A stretch of 64,000 nt of DNA from an uncultured bacterium (GCA_963700745.1 CAVOYT010000012.1:27231-91230); one strand, 5' to 3'; counted from the stretch's first letter, positions 1 through 10,360 are shown. The notes: a model not told the origin generated them from the sequence alone. Numbers and translations are program-made.

Positions 1-2251
1 CGTGCGCCCGATCGGCTCGACGACCTCGCGCAGTTCCTCGACGGTGATGCCCTGGCCGTGGGCAGCTCCGGCCGCGCGGGAGATGTTCTCGTCCATCAGG
101 GTGCCGCCGAGGTCGTTGACGCCGGCGCGCAGGAGCTGCTGGGCGCCTGCGGACGCCGAGCTTCACCCAGGACGCCTGGACGTTGTCGATCTGCCCGTGA
201 TAGCCGATGCGACCCACCGCGTGCATGAGGACGGTCTCGCGCCAGGTGGGCCCGCGCCGGGCGCGGCGCTTGAGGTAGATCGGCGAGGCCATGTGCACGA
301 ACGGCAGCGGGATGAACTCGGTGAAGCCGCCGGTGCGCTTCTGCACGTCGCGGGTGCGGACGATGTGCCGTGCCCAGTGGACCGGCTGCTCGACGCTGCC
401 GAACATGATGGTCACGTTGGACCGCAGGCCGACCGCCGTGCGCAATCTCGTGGGCCTCGAGCCACTCGCTCGTGGTGATCTTGTCCGGGCACAGCACCTC
501 GCGGATCTGGTCGTCGAGGATCTCCGCCGCCGTCCCGGGCAGCGACGCCAGCCCGGCGTCCTTCATCCGGCGCAGGTACGACTCGAGCGGCTCGCCCAGG
601 CGGCGAGCGCCCTCGGTGACCTCGAGGGCGGTGAACCCGTGCACGTGCATGGTCGGCACCGCGGCCTTGACCGTCCGCGTGACCTCGACGTAGTAGTCGC
701 CGTCGAAGTCGGGGTGGATGCCGCCCTGCAGGCAGACCTCGGTCGCCCCGAGCTCGGCGGCCTCGCGCACCCGGTCGGCGATCTCGTCGTTGCGTGAGCA
801 GGTACGGCTTGCCACGCAGGTTGAGGGACAGCGGGCCCTTGGAGAACCCGCAGAAGGAGCACTTGAAGGTGCACACGTTGGTGTAGTTGATGTTGCGGTT
901 GCGGACGAAGGTGACGTCGTCGCCGTTCACCTGCTGACGCAGGCGCGTCGGCGAACTCCGCGACGGCCACGACCTCCGGGCCGCGCGCCTCGAACAGGGT
1001 GGCGAGCTCCTCGACTCCCGGCTCCTGCCCGAGCAGCGACACCGGCGAGCACCTCCGACACGGCGGTTCCGGCATGCGAGGGTCCCGGCACGAGGACCAT
1101 CGGCGGCGCGATCGGCGCCGGAGTACCAGGCGGTGGAGCGACGGCCGACCTGGATGACCTCGGCGCCCGGTGCCCACGTTCGCGGCGGCCTCGTGGCGCT
1201 CGGGGAACATCGATCCCGGATCGTCTCGCCCCATGCCCTCGGCATCCGAGCGGTCGAGCACGGCGAACCGCACGTTCTCGTCGAGCCAGCGGGCCGGGTC
1301 GAGGGCGAACTCCGGGTAGATCGTCAGCCGCGGGGCCAGTGCCAGCCCACGGGCCTCGACGGCCGCTCGCAGCACGTCGACATGCGGCCATGGCCGCTCC
1401 GGGTTCACGTGGTCGGCGGTGACCGGCGAGATCCCGCCGAAGTCGTCGATGCCGGCGTCGATCAGGGCACCGGGGTCGTCGACGAGGTTGGGTGGCGCCT
1501 GCAGGTGCACGTCGGCGGGCAGGATCTGGCGGGCGAGCGCGATCGTCTCGAGCAGGTCGTCGAGGGAGCACGGCCGGATGGTTGCGCATGAGCGTGCCCG
1601 GCTTCGGCACGAAGTTCTGGACGATGACCTCCTGCACGTGGCCGAAGTCCCGGTGCGCCGCCGCGATCGCCTCCAGCGCCACGATGCGGTCCGACCGCGA
1701 TTCGCCGATGCCGACGAGCACCCCGGTCGTGAAGGGGATGGCGAGCTCACCGGCCATGCGCAGGGTCGCCAGCCGACGCTCGGGGTCCTTGTCCGGAGCG
1801 CCCGCGATGCGCCGGGAGGTCCGGGTTGAGGCTCTCGATCATCATCCCCTGGCTCGGCGACACCGCGTCGCAGCGCGAGCCAGGTCGTCCCGGCCGAGCG
1901 CGCCGGCATTCACGTGCGGCAGCAGGCCGGTCTCGTCGAGGACCCGTCTGCGCGGCGTGCAGGACGTAGTCGATCGTGGAGCCGAAGCCGTGGTCGTCCA
2001 GCCAGCGCCGGGCCTCCGGGTAGCGGTCCTCGGGGAACTCCCCCAGCGTGAACAGCGCCTCGTGGCAGCCGGCCTCGGCGCCCGCCCGGGCCACGTCGAG
2101 CACCTCGTCCATCGGCAGGTAGGCGCTGGGCAGGTGCGGCGGGCGACTGGGCGAAGGTGCAGTAGCCGCACCGGTCCCGGCACAGCATGGTCAGCGGGAT
2201 GAAGACCTTGGGCGAATAGGTGATCCGGCGCAGCGTGGGAGTCGAGGTCAC
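1..2251 (-). pseudogene. fbiC: FO synthase FbiC (fused CofG/CofH, F420 biosynthesis); multiply frameshifted as sequenced; the last ~10-15 codons lie left of position 1
   Basis: Minus-strand fragments from all three frames concatenate into one CofG+CofH protein. Fragments seen: LRRITYSPKVFIPLTMLCRDRCGYCTFA (radical-SAM CxxxCxxC), [31 protein letters not shown], a second radical-SAM motif NINYTNVCTFKCSFCGF, EVCLQGGIHPD, TGGFTEFIPLPFVHM and GVNDLGGTLMDENISRAAG. GTG start at 2251 with GGGAGG about 6 nt upstream. About 12 frame changes. Confidence 0.85.
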
Positions 2252-2501
2252 CCAGGCCTCCCATCACGTGTGTCGTGCGGAAGGAATCGTCGCACACCCC
2301 CTCCGCAGCGGTGGTCCCCCGCACGATTCTGCAAGATCTTGCGTGAACCTGCTCACATTCGGGCAGATTTGTTTGCGTCTACGACAAACCTGAGACATAA
2401 TCGTTATGTCGGAAGGGAGACCCCCAGAAGACACCGAGCACCACACCGACGAGTACAGGAGTGATCCTCCGTGAAGGCCTTTTGCGAAGGTATTCGCATC
2501 A

Positions 2502-2639
2502 ATGTTCGGCCACGAGTCCTTCGACAAGGAGACGGCCCGTAGCCGCCAGATCCACCGCGAGTGGGACCGTCAGCGCGCAAGCGCGATGTCGCCCTCGGAG
2601 CGGGAGGAGATCGACGCGATCTTCTCGCGCAACCTCTAG
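2502..2639 (+). CDS. small hypothetical protein (45 aa, MFGHESFDKETARSRQIHREWDRQRASAMSPSEREEIDAIFSRNL)
   Basis: ATG ORF too short for the ORF track. Almost every third codon position is G/C, as in real genes here. GAAGG lies about 11 nt upstream. It sits in a relatively AT-rich 530-nt intergenic region. No family recognised. Confidence 0.4.
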   Translation: MFGHESFDKETARSRQIHREWDRQRASAMSPSEREEIDAIFSRNL

Positions 2640-2720
2640 GGCATACCGCCCAGACCCCAGTCTGGTGCCGGGTCGACCATCCGGCACCACTCCACTTCCC
2701 CGAGGCGGCCCAGCCGCCCA

Positions 2721-2752
2721 ACGACGGCCCCTCCCACCGGAGGGGCCGTTGT
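2721..2752. terminator. GC-rich hairpin downstream of xthA (minus) and of the small ORF (plus)
   Basis: acgacggcccctcc / cacc loop / ggaggggccgttgt, a 14-bp stem with one G-T pair. No U-tract on either strand. Confidence 0.45.
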
Positions 2753-2783
2753 CGCGTTCACGGGTCCAGCCGAGCCCCGTTGG

Positions 2784-3599
2784 CTACGAAGACGTGAAGG
2801 TCACGGTCAGCGGGGCGTGATCGCTCCATCGCTCGGCATACGAGGCGGCCTTGCCCACCGTCGCCGCCGTGCACATCGCGGCCAGCCCCTTGGTGGCGAT
2901 GGCGTAGTCGATGCGCCAGCCGCCGTCGGTGTCGAAGCCCTTGCCGCGCCACGACCACCACGTGTAGGGCCCCGGACCTGGCCCACCCAGCTCGCGCCCG
3001 AGGTCGACCCAGCGCTCGAGCCACCGGTCGAGGTGGGCTCGCTCGTCCTCCAGGAAGCCCGACTTGCCGCGGTTCCCCTTCCAGTTCTTGATGTCCACCT
3101 CGCGGTGAGCGACGTTGAGGTCGCCGCACAGCAGCGCATGCCCCTTGCGGCGGGCAGCCGACCGGCGCAGCGACTCCAGCCGCCGGTCCATGCCGTCGAG
3201 GAATGCGTACTTGTCCTCCTGCTTCGGAGTGTCCGCCTCGCCTGCGTGCACGTACGCGGACACCACGGTGAGGGGCCCGACCTCGGTGGCCAGGTCCACC
3301 TCCAGCCAGCGGCCCTGCCCATCGATCCCCGGCAGGCTCGTCTCGGTGCGGATCGCTGTCGGCTGCTCGCGCGTGAGCACGGCGACACCGGCCCGACCCA
3401 GTTGCGGTGCCGGGGCATGCGCCACGTGCCAGTCGCGCAGCTCGGACTCGGCAAGCGCCTCGTGCAGCTGCTCATGGGTCGCCCGCACCTCCTGCAGGCA
3501 GATGACGTCGGCGTCGGCGTCGGCCAGCCAGTGCAGCCCCCCGCGCCGGCCGGCAGCTCGGATCCCGTTGACGTTCGCGGTGACGACTGTGAGCGCCAC
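2784..3599 (-). CDS. xthA: exodeoxyribonuclease III
   Basis: VTANVNGIRAA...DVICLQE...LLCGDLNVAH...WRIDY...SDHAPLTVTF are typical Xth/EEP motifs. GTG start at 3599 overlaps the TAG of the upstream ORF. The longer track ORF (to 3902) has a junk N-terminus. Confidence 0.9.
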   Translation of the reverse strand: MALTVVTANVNGIRAAGRRGGLHWLADADADVICLQEVRATHEQLHEALAESELRDWHVAHAPAPQLGRAGVAVLTREQPTAIRTETSLPGIDGQGRWLEVDLATEVGPLTVVSAYVHAGEADTPKQEDKYAFLDGMDRRLESLRRSAARRKGHALLCGDLNVAHREVDIKNWKGNRGKSGFLEDERAHLDRWLERWVDLGRELGGPGPGPYTWWSWRGKGFDTDGGWRIDYAIATKGLAAMCTAATVGKAASYAERWSDHAPLTVTFTSS

Positions 3600-4481
3600 T
3601 ACGTCGTCTTGAGCTGGAACTCGACGCCCAGCCACTCCTCGTTCAGGCCCGCTCCGAAGGTGTAGCCGAAACGGCCCTTCTGGTTGAGCTCGAAGGTCAA
3701 TGAGTAGCTGCCGTCGGACTTGACCACCGTGCTGACATTGCCGACCGGCTCGAAGTGCCCGGAGCCCTTCTTGTCGGTGGGCACGAATCGTTCCAGGCTC
3801 AGTACCGTGCCCGGCTTGAGCTCGGACGGAGCGCTGCCCGACAGGGTGACCGGGGTGCCCGCCTTGGCACGGTTGGTGCTGATGCTCGCGGTTCCGCCCC
3901 ACGCGACGACGTTCGGCGACTTCGTGAAGCCGGCGGCGGCGAGCTTCTTTGCCCTCAGTGTCACGGCCGAGCTCGACCCCGTGGACGGGGCCGGCTTCCC
4001 GCTGCCCGTCGTGGTGAACTGGAATTGGAAGGCGACGAACTCAGGGCTGTCGCCGCCGGTGTCGTAGCCCACCGCGTAGCCGTAGGTGCCGGGCAGTCCG
4101 AGCTGGAAGTGCATGCTGAAGGTCCGGTTGGGCTGCACGACCGCGGTGATGTTGAGCGCCTTGTTCTCGCCCGATCCGGAGGTGTCGCTGGGGACGAACC
4201 GGTACATCGTGAGGAGCTGCCCGGGATCGGTGAATCCGGGCGCCTTCCCGGTGATGACCACGTCCTGCCACTGGGCGGCACGAGTTCGTCGGCAGGGACG
4301 CGGTGCCAGGCGACCAGGCCGTCGTGTTCGGCGTCAGCGGCCAGCCGAACTGCGTCAGTTGAGCGGAGGTGAGGGTGATGTCCTTGTCGGCCGGCTGCGC
4401 GGACGCTGGCGCCGCCGCGAGGGCAAGCGGCGCGGCGAGAAGGGCACTTCCTGCAATCAGGGCGCTGAGCGTGCGGATCAT
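3599..4481 (-). CDS. secreted protein with two ~100-aa internal repeats; one frame break near 4290
   Basis: Signal peptide MIRTLSALIAGSALLAAPLALAAAPASA. The two halves align: ...AWSPGTASLPTN...RFVPSDTSGSG... versus ...AWGGTASISTN...RFVPTDKKGSG.... The N-terminal part is in frame of ORF 4041..4481 and the rest in ORF 3599..4261. Confidence 0.6.
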
Positions 4482-4503
4482 CGCGTTCCCCCTTCTTCGG
4501 CCG

Positions 4504-6012
4504 TCAGGTGACGGCGTTCCAGTCGATCTCGGACGCCACGCGCAGGGCCTGCGCCGCGATCGTCAACGCCGGGTTCTGCGCGCCGGAAGACGGGAAGAAG
4601 GCCGAGTCGACGACGAACAGGTTGCGGACGTCGTGCGAGCGGCACCACGGGTCCAGGACGCTCGTGGCGGAGTCGCGGCCCGCGACGGCGGTGCCGCACA
4701 TGTGGCTGTTCATGTCGATCGTGAACCGCTGCTCGAAGACCCCGCGGTAGCCCGCCTTGTGGAGCACCTTCTTCGCCCGGCCCAGCAGTGCCTCATGACG
4801 GTCGTAGTTCGTGCGACGCCATGACACGGCGATGCGACCGTCCGCGTCGAGGGTGACCCGGTTGTGCACGGACGGGAGGTCCTCGCTCATCACGAGCAGT
4901 TCAAGGCTGCGGTGGGCGGCGCGATCGAGCACCGCACGCGGCGTCCGCGTCGCGTGGGTCTTCATCATCGACCCCTGGACCTTCCCGATCAGCTGGATGG
5001 TCCCGCCCGGATACCCGTCGCCGAGGTCGTCGTAGAAGTCGTTCATCGCCATCGTCTTCTGGAAGACGACGTCGTTGGGTCGACGAGGGTCGACCGCGGC
5101 GAGATGGGTGTTGTTGTGAACCATGTAGTTGCGGCCCAGCAGCCCGCTGGAGTTGCCGACCCCGGTCGGGTACCGGTCCGAGCGGCTGGCCAGCAGGATC
5201 GCCGCGGAGTTGGCGGCGCCGGCGGACAGCACGAAGACTCCTCCGTCGACCACCAGCGGCTCACCGTTGACGTCCCCGTGCAGTCGAACCACGCGCCCGT
5301 CGTCGCCGACCTCGACCGAGCGGATGCGGGCACCGGTCAGGAGCCGGACGCCGCCCCCGGCCAGGGCCGGACCCAGCGCACAGGTCTCCGCATCGGACTT
5401 GGCGCCCAGCCGGCAGGGGAACCCGTCGCAGGTCTGGCACCGGATGCAGGTTCCTCCGGGACGGATGTCGATGCCCATGGCGGTGCTGGCCGGATGAAGC
5501 CCCTGCTCCTTGAAGCGCCGAATCGTCTCCACGATGTACGGCTCGTGCGCCAGCGGCGGATAGGGATAGGGCCGACTCCGCCACGGCTCGCTCGGGTCCT
5601 CCCCCGTGGTGCCGTGCACGCGATAGAGGGATTCGGCCTGCGTGTAGTACTGCTCCAGGTCCGCGTAGGTGAACGGCCAGGCGGGCGAGATGCCGGACGG
5701 GTAGACCTTCTCGGCGAAATCGCGCTCTCGCAGGCGAGGGAGGCTGGCGCCGTAGACCTTGGTGTTGCCGCCCACCACGTAGTGCACTCCCGGGTGGAAC
5801 TCGGTGCCGTCGTCGTCCAGCCAGGTCTCGTCCGGCTTGTACCGGCGCTCGACGAACACCGCCTCCGGGGACCAGTTCTCCGGTTCGCGCGGAAGCACCT
5901 CTCCGCGTTCGAGCACAAGCGTGTCGATCCCTCGCTGGGCCAGCCCCCAGGCCAGGGTCCCGCCACCCATGCCGCTCCCGACGATGATGACGTGGGCGGA
6001 CTCGTTGATCAC
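4504..6012 (-). CDS. GMC-family FAD-dependent oxidoreductase
   Basis: N-terminal HVIIVGSGMGGGTLAWGLA dinucleotide-binding motif. 502 aa with GMC-like C-terminal region. GTG start with GAGAGG upstream. Confidence 0.85.
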   Translation of the reverse strand: MINESAHVIIVGSGMGGGTLAWGLAQRGIDTLVLERGEVLPREPENWSPEAVFVERRYKPDETWLDDDGTEFHPGVHYVVGGNTKVYGASLPRLRERDFAEKVYPSGISPAWPFTYADLEQYYTQAESLYRVHGTTGEDPSEPWRSRPYPYPPLAHEPYIVETIRRFKEQGLHPASTAMGIDIRPGGTCIRCQTCDGFPCRLGAKSDAETCALGPALAGGGVRLLTGARIRSVEVGDDGRVVRLHGDVNGEPLVVDGGVFVLSAGAANSAAILLASRSDRYPTGVGNSSGLLGRNYMVHNNTHLAAVDPRRPNDVVFQKTMAMNDFYDDLGDGYPGGTIQLIGKVQGSMMKTHATRTPRAVLDRAAHRSLELLVMSEDLPSVHNRVTLDADGRIAVSWRRTNYDRHEALLGRAKKVLHKAGYRGVFEQRFTIDMNSHMCGTAVAGRDSATSVLDPWCRSHDVRNLFVVDSAFFPSSGAQNPALTIAAQALRVASEIDWNAVT

Positions 6013-6071
6013 CCTCTCAACCTAGCCTTCGTGACGCGACGAAGCCCCCCTCCCCCGAAACCAGTCGCGTG

Positions 6072-6929
6072 TCATCCGAGTTCGAACGTGGTGATGCCGA
6101 AGACGCGTTCGAGCGGCAGGTCGAGCTGCCCTCCGCGGTACATGCGTGCGGTCTCGAACACCGGTTCCATTCCGTACCGGGCGGCGAGCGCGACAGCGGC
6201 ACCGTTGGGCTCAGGTACGTCCAGGTAGACGGGCGAACCGCCCGGCACCGATGCCACGAGCGAGTTCAGGATCCGGTCGGCGAGCGAGGCATCGTCGGCA
6301 AACAGCGGGCCGACCTTGAAGCCCTCGCGGCATTCGCGGATCACCCCGTAGCCGGCGAGGCGATCGCCGTCCCGTATCCCCACGGCGTGCGACCCGGGCT
6401 GGTCCAGCCACTCCCGGAGGAACTCCGGCCGCGCCGCCCCGAAACACGGCTCGTCGTACCTGATGACGTCGCCGAGGTCGGCCGTCGTGAGCCGGACGGC
6501 GCCTGGATCGGCCGTGCCTCGAGGAGATCCGGCGAACCGGATGCTTCGATGCACGAGCGTGAATCCGAGAGACAGGTACGTCGGCTGCTGCTCGACGACG
6601 CCATCGATGCCGAGCACCCGGTCCCCGGCGTGCTCGAACGCGGCGTCGCCGAGCAGATGGCCGATGCCCTGGGTGCGCAGGGCGGGGTCCACGATGTAGA
6701 AGCCGGCGAAGGCGAAGGTCTCGCTGTAGCGCACGCAGGAGATGGTTCCGGCGACCCGCTCGCCGATCCGGGCGATGAAGAATCCTTCGGGGTCCGCGGC
6801 CCAGAAGGCACGAGCATCGTGCAGCCCCGGATTCCAGCCCTCGCTAGCTGCCCAGTCCACCGCCCAGTGCAGGTCGTCGGCGGTCATCGTGCTGATGACG
6901 ACGTTCTCGATCTCCTCCGGCATCCCCAC
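6072..6929 (-). CDS. GNAT-family N-acetyltransferase (two-domain, YitH-like)
   Basis: 285-aa intact ORF. GNAT core (FIARIGERVAGTISCVRY...IVDPALRTQGIGHLL) plus a C-terminal extension domain. Confidence 0.7.
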   Translation of the reverse strand: MGMPEEIENVVISTMTADDLHWAVDWAASEGWNPGLHDARAFWAADPEGFFIARIGERVAGTISCVRYSETFAFAGFYIVDPALRTQGIGHLLGDAAFEHAGDRVLGIDGVVEQQPTYLSLGFTLVHRSIRFAGSPRGTADPGAVRLTTADLGDVIRYDEPCFGAARPEFLREWLDQPGSHAVGIRDGDRLAGYGVIRECREGFKVGPLFADDASLADRILNSLVASVPGGSPVYLDVPEPNGAAVALAARYGMEPVFETARMYRGGQLDLPLERVFGITTFELG

Positions 6930-6947
6930 TCTTCTCTGCAGTCGCCG

Positions 6948-7820
6948 TCACGGACCGTCGGTCGTGACGAAGTCGATCAGCGCCTCGACGCGTCCGAGGA
7001 GGACCGGCTCGAGATCGGTGTAGTCGTCCACGCGGGCCAGCAGCCGCCGCCAGGCGAGGCCGGTGTCCTGCCCCCATCCGAGAGCGTCGCAGATCCCCTC
7101 CTTCCACGGGGTCCCCGGCGGGATGACCGGCCATGCGGACACCCCGATCGCCTGGGGGCGAACCGCCTGCCATACGTCGACATAGGGGTGGCCGAGCACC
7201 ATCACGTCATCGGGCCATTCCGCGAGAACCTCCTGCGCGATCAGGGACTCCTTGGCGCCGGGCACCAGATGGTCGACCAGGACCCCAATCCGCCGAGTCG
7301 GTCCGGGCGCGAACTCGCGCACCCGCCGGGCGAGGTCGTCGATGCCGCCGAGTTCCTCGACCACCACGCCCTCCACCCGCAGATCCGCCCCCCAGACCTT
7401 CTCCACGAGTTCCGCGTCATGGCGACCCTCGACCCAGATCCGCGAGGCGCGTGCGGTGCGGGCACGCTGCCCAGGGACGGCGACCGAACCCGAGGCCGTG
7501 CGGGACGGTCCTGCCGGCGCGCTGGACCGGGTCGGCCGAGTGAGGATGACGAGTTCACCGTCCATGAGGAAGGAGGGCCCCAGCGCGAAGGGACGGCGGC
7601 GACCGTGCCGGTCCTCGAGAACGACAGCCCAGCCGTCCGCGCCCCGCTGCCAACCGACCACGGCGCCGCACCACCCGCTGCGGGCGCATTCCACGACGAG
7701 CCCAGTGTCCGCCTGCACCGTGCGCACCCGGCTGGTCGGGCGTCGCGGATCCTCGGCGAGGACGTCCTGGCCGTAGCGGTCGGAGGGCACGCAGCGACGA
7801 TACGTCGCTCGCGACCTCAC
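6948..7820 (-). CDS. DUF3097-family protein
   Basis: 290-aa intact ORF. The family assignment rests on my recollection of actinobacterial DUF3097 sequences (DRYGQDVLA..., VLGHPYVDVWQAV). Confidence 0.5.
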   Translation of the reverse strand: MRSRATYRRCVPSDRYGQDVLAEDPRRPTSRVRTVQADTGLVVECARSGWCGAVVGWQRGADGWAVVLEDRHGRRRPFALGPSFLMDGELVILTRPTRSSAPAGPSRTASGSVAVPGQRARTARASRIWVEGRHDAELVEKVWGADLRVEGVVVEELGGIDDLARRVREFAPGPTRRIGVLVDHLVPGAKESLIAQEVLAEWPDDVMVLGHPYVDVWQAVRPQAIGVSAWPVIPPGTPWKEGICDALGWGQDTGLAWRRLLARVDDYTDLEPVLLGRVEALIDFVTTDGP

Positions 7821-7852
7821 CGGGCGCAGACATGCGGCGGTAGCGTCGGGCC

Positions 7853-9173
7853 GTGGAGCTCAGTGGGACCGGGGTCATCCGGATCGGGGACGATGCGCTG
7901 GCCCGCGACGAGTTCCATGATCGCGTCGCCGCAGCGGCTCCGCGCTACGCGGATCACGACGTCGTCGCCATCGTCGCGTCCCCCACCTTGGACACCGTCA
8001 TCCAACTCATGGCGGCCATGGCGGCCGGAGCCACCGTCGCACCGATCAGCCCGGCCGCAGGAGACGTGGAGCGTCGTCATGTGAGCGAGGACTCGGCCGC
8101 GACACTGCTCGTGGAGGGCGGGCGCTCGACGGAGCTTGCCCCACGTACCGGGCGGCCCCCTTCGGACGCGGCCCTACTGCTGTACACAAGCGGCACGACC
8201 GGTCCCCCCAAGGGCGTCCCGATCACGGCCCCGGCGATCCGGGCGTGTATCGACGGCCTCGCCGAGGCCTGGGCATGGACCCCCGACGACGTCCTGGTCC
8301 ACGGCCTCCCCCTGAACCACGTGCACGGACTCGTCCTCGGCGTCCTCGGGCCCATCATGCTGGGCTCGTCCCTCCACCACACCGGACGTCCGACGCCGTC
8401 GGCCTATGCCGAGGCGTCCGGAACCCTCTACTTCGGGGTACCGACGATCTGGTCACGGGTTGCGGCCGAGCCCGCCGCCGCCCGGGCCCTGTCCGGCGCA
8501 CGCTTGCTCGTCTCGGGCAGTGCCGCGCTTCCGGCACCGACGTTCGACGCTCTGCACTCGCTGTGCGGACACCCACCCGTGGAGCGCTACGGAATGACCG
8601 AGACTCTCATCACTCTCGCCGCACGAGCCGATGCCCCTCCTCAACGCGGCACCGTCGGACCTGCACTGCCCGGCATCGACGTGCGCTTCATCGGCGAGGA
8701 CGGGGAGCCGGTTGCGCCACACTCGACTGGGAGAGCTCCAGGTTCGTGGACTCACCGTGTTCGCCGGATACGCCGACCACCCGCGGGCCACCGCGGATGC
8801 GTTCACCGCAGATGGCTGGTTCCGTACCGGGGATGTGGGCTCGGTGGACGAGAGCGGGATCCACCGGATCGTGGGTCGCGCCGCTACCGACCTGATCAAG
8901 AGCGGCGGCTACCGCATCGGAGCCGGCGAGGTGGAGGACGCCCTGCTCACCCACCCATCGGTGCGGGAGGCCGCAGTGGTGGGAGAGCCCGATGACGACC
9001 TGGGCCAGCGCATCGTCGCCTTCGTGGTCGCTGATCCCGTCGCCGAGTCGGAACTGATCCAGCACGTCGCCGACCGGCTCTCCCGCCACAAGAGACCTCG
9101 GGCGATCGTCTTCGTGGAGGCCTTGCCGCGCAATCACATGGGCAAGGTCGACAAGATCCGCCTTCGGGTCTGA
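7853..9173 (+). CDS. acyl-CoA synthetase / AMP-dependent ligase; one frame break near 8725
   Basis: AMP-binding motifs LLYTSGTTGPPKGV and ...GELQVRG...WFRTGD...GRAATDLIKSGGYRIG. The N-terminal part is in ORF 7853..8995 and the C-terminal part in ORF 8631..9173. Confidence 0.8.
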
Positions 9174-9220
9174 CGCAGCCCTACGATGACAAGAACCGAT
9201 CCGCCGTCGAGGAGGAACTC

Positions 9221-10262
9221 ATGAGCTCGGTGACATCACGACCACGCATGTCCGCACGAGTCGCCGGACTTGCCGCCGCTGGCGTCGTTGCCGCGCTCGC
9301 CCTGACCGGCTGCATCAAGGTCGACGCAGACGTCACGATCAACTCCGAGGCGCTCGGCAGCGGCAGCCTGAGCTTCGAGCTCCAGAAGGAGGCCGCGGGC
9401 TTCCTCGGCATCTCCGACCTCGACACCTTCAGCTCCCAGCTCACCAGCGGGGACCTGTCCGACAGCGGCCTCGGCGCCCTCAGCAACTGCGATGCTTCCG
9501 AGTCCGACACGGGGTACGTGTACTCCTGCACGTTCACCGACCAGGCCTTCACCGAGTCCGACGGCATCTGGACCATCGCCAAGGAAGGCGACCTCATCGT
9601 GTTCCGCATGGTGAACGAGGGCCAGACCGGCACCGAAGGTTCCGACGCGTCCGCCCTGCTCGGGGACGCATCAATGGGTTCCATCAACGTCAAGGTCACC
9701 TTCCCCGGTCCGATCACGGAGCTCACCGGCGAGGGGGCCGAGAAGACGTCGGACACCACGGCGACCGTGTCAGGCACGATGACCAGCAACATCGACGTCA
9801 CCATCAAGAGTGAGGCCGGCGGTGGCGGCGTGTCGGTGTCGCAGATCCTCGTCGTGCTGGTGGGCCTGCTCGTGCTGGCCCTGATCATCGTGGTGGTCGT
9901 CGTGCTGATCATGCGTCGCCGGAAGCCGACGGACGCCCCGGTGGATGCCCTGGCTGTCCCAGTTGCGGGTGCTGCAGTGGCCGAGACCGTCGTCAGCGAC
10001 GCTCCGGTCGACGCGATCGCCATGGACGAGACCGTCGTCACCGAGGCCGTCGTGGCCGAGGACCGGTCGACGCAGTCGCGCGTCGACGAGACCGTCGTCA
10101 CCGAGACCGTCGTGGCCGAGGCTCCGGTCGACGAGACCGTCGTCACCGAGACCGTCGTGGCCGAGGAACCCGTCGGTCGAGACCGTCGTGGCCGAGGAAC
10201 CCGTCGTCGAGACCGTCACCGAGACCGTCGAGTCCGTCGATCCAGAGGCGCCGACGACGTAG
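9221..10262 (+). CDS. LppM-like lipoprotein with C-terminal TM helix and acidic repeat tail; frame break near 10175
   Basis: Lipobox LALTGC after a signal peptide. TM segment ILVVLVGLLVLALIIVVVVVLIM. The tail is built of (A/E)PVDxxxxDETVVTExVVAE units. Removing one extra g at about 10175 gives ...VETVVAEEPVVETVTETVESVDPEAPTT and a stop at 10262. GAGGAGG RBS. Confidence 0.55.
9980..10245 (+). repeat. in-gene tandem repeats (about 45-nt unit gacgagaccgtcgtcaccgagaccgtcgtggccgagg..ccggtc)
   Basis: Two near-identical 45-nt copies at 10084-10128 and 10129-10173, flanked by diverged copies. Confidence 0.7.
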
Positions 10263-10279
10263 GCACTCGGGGGGCGCGT

Positions 10280-10319
10280 CCCGGGTTGGCCGGCGGAGCG
10301 GGGAGCCGCCGGCCCCGGG
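10280..10319. terminator. hairpin between convergent genes
   Basis: ggccggcgg / agcgggga / (g)ccgccggcc, flanked by ccggg...ccggg. Lies between the LppM-like gene (+) and the DUF554 gene (-). Confidence 0.5.
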
Positions 10320-10360
10320 TCGCCGGGCCTCGGAGGCCGCTCGCCCTGCTCGGCCAGGTG

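Noticed and set aside
2264-2527. 87-aa minus-strand ORF in the fbiC upstream region
   Set aside because: Low GC3, no RBS, Ser/Cys-rich odd composition. It overlaps a better plus-strand small ORF and promoter-like elements.
6069-8084. Very long ORFs in the track: 6069..8084 (+, 671 aa), 18274..20460 (+, 728 aa), 50289..52373 (+, 694 aa), 58439..60001 (+, 520 aa), 4864..6228 (+, 454 aa)
   Set aside because: They run antisense across several genes with clear family signatures. They are Arg/Gly/Pro/His-rich, low-complexity translations typical of shadow frames in high-GC DNA. They have no recognisable motifs.
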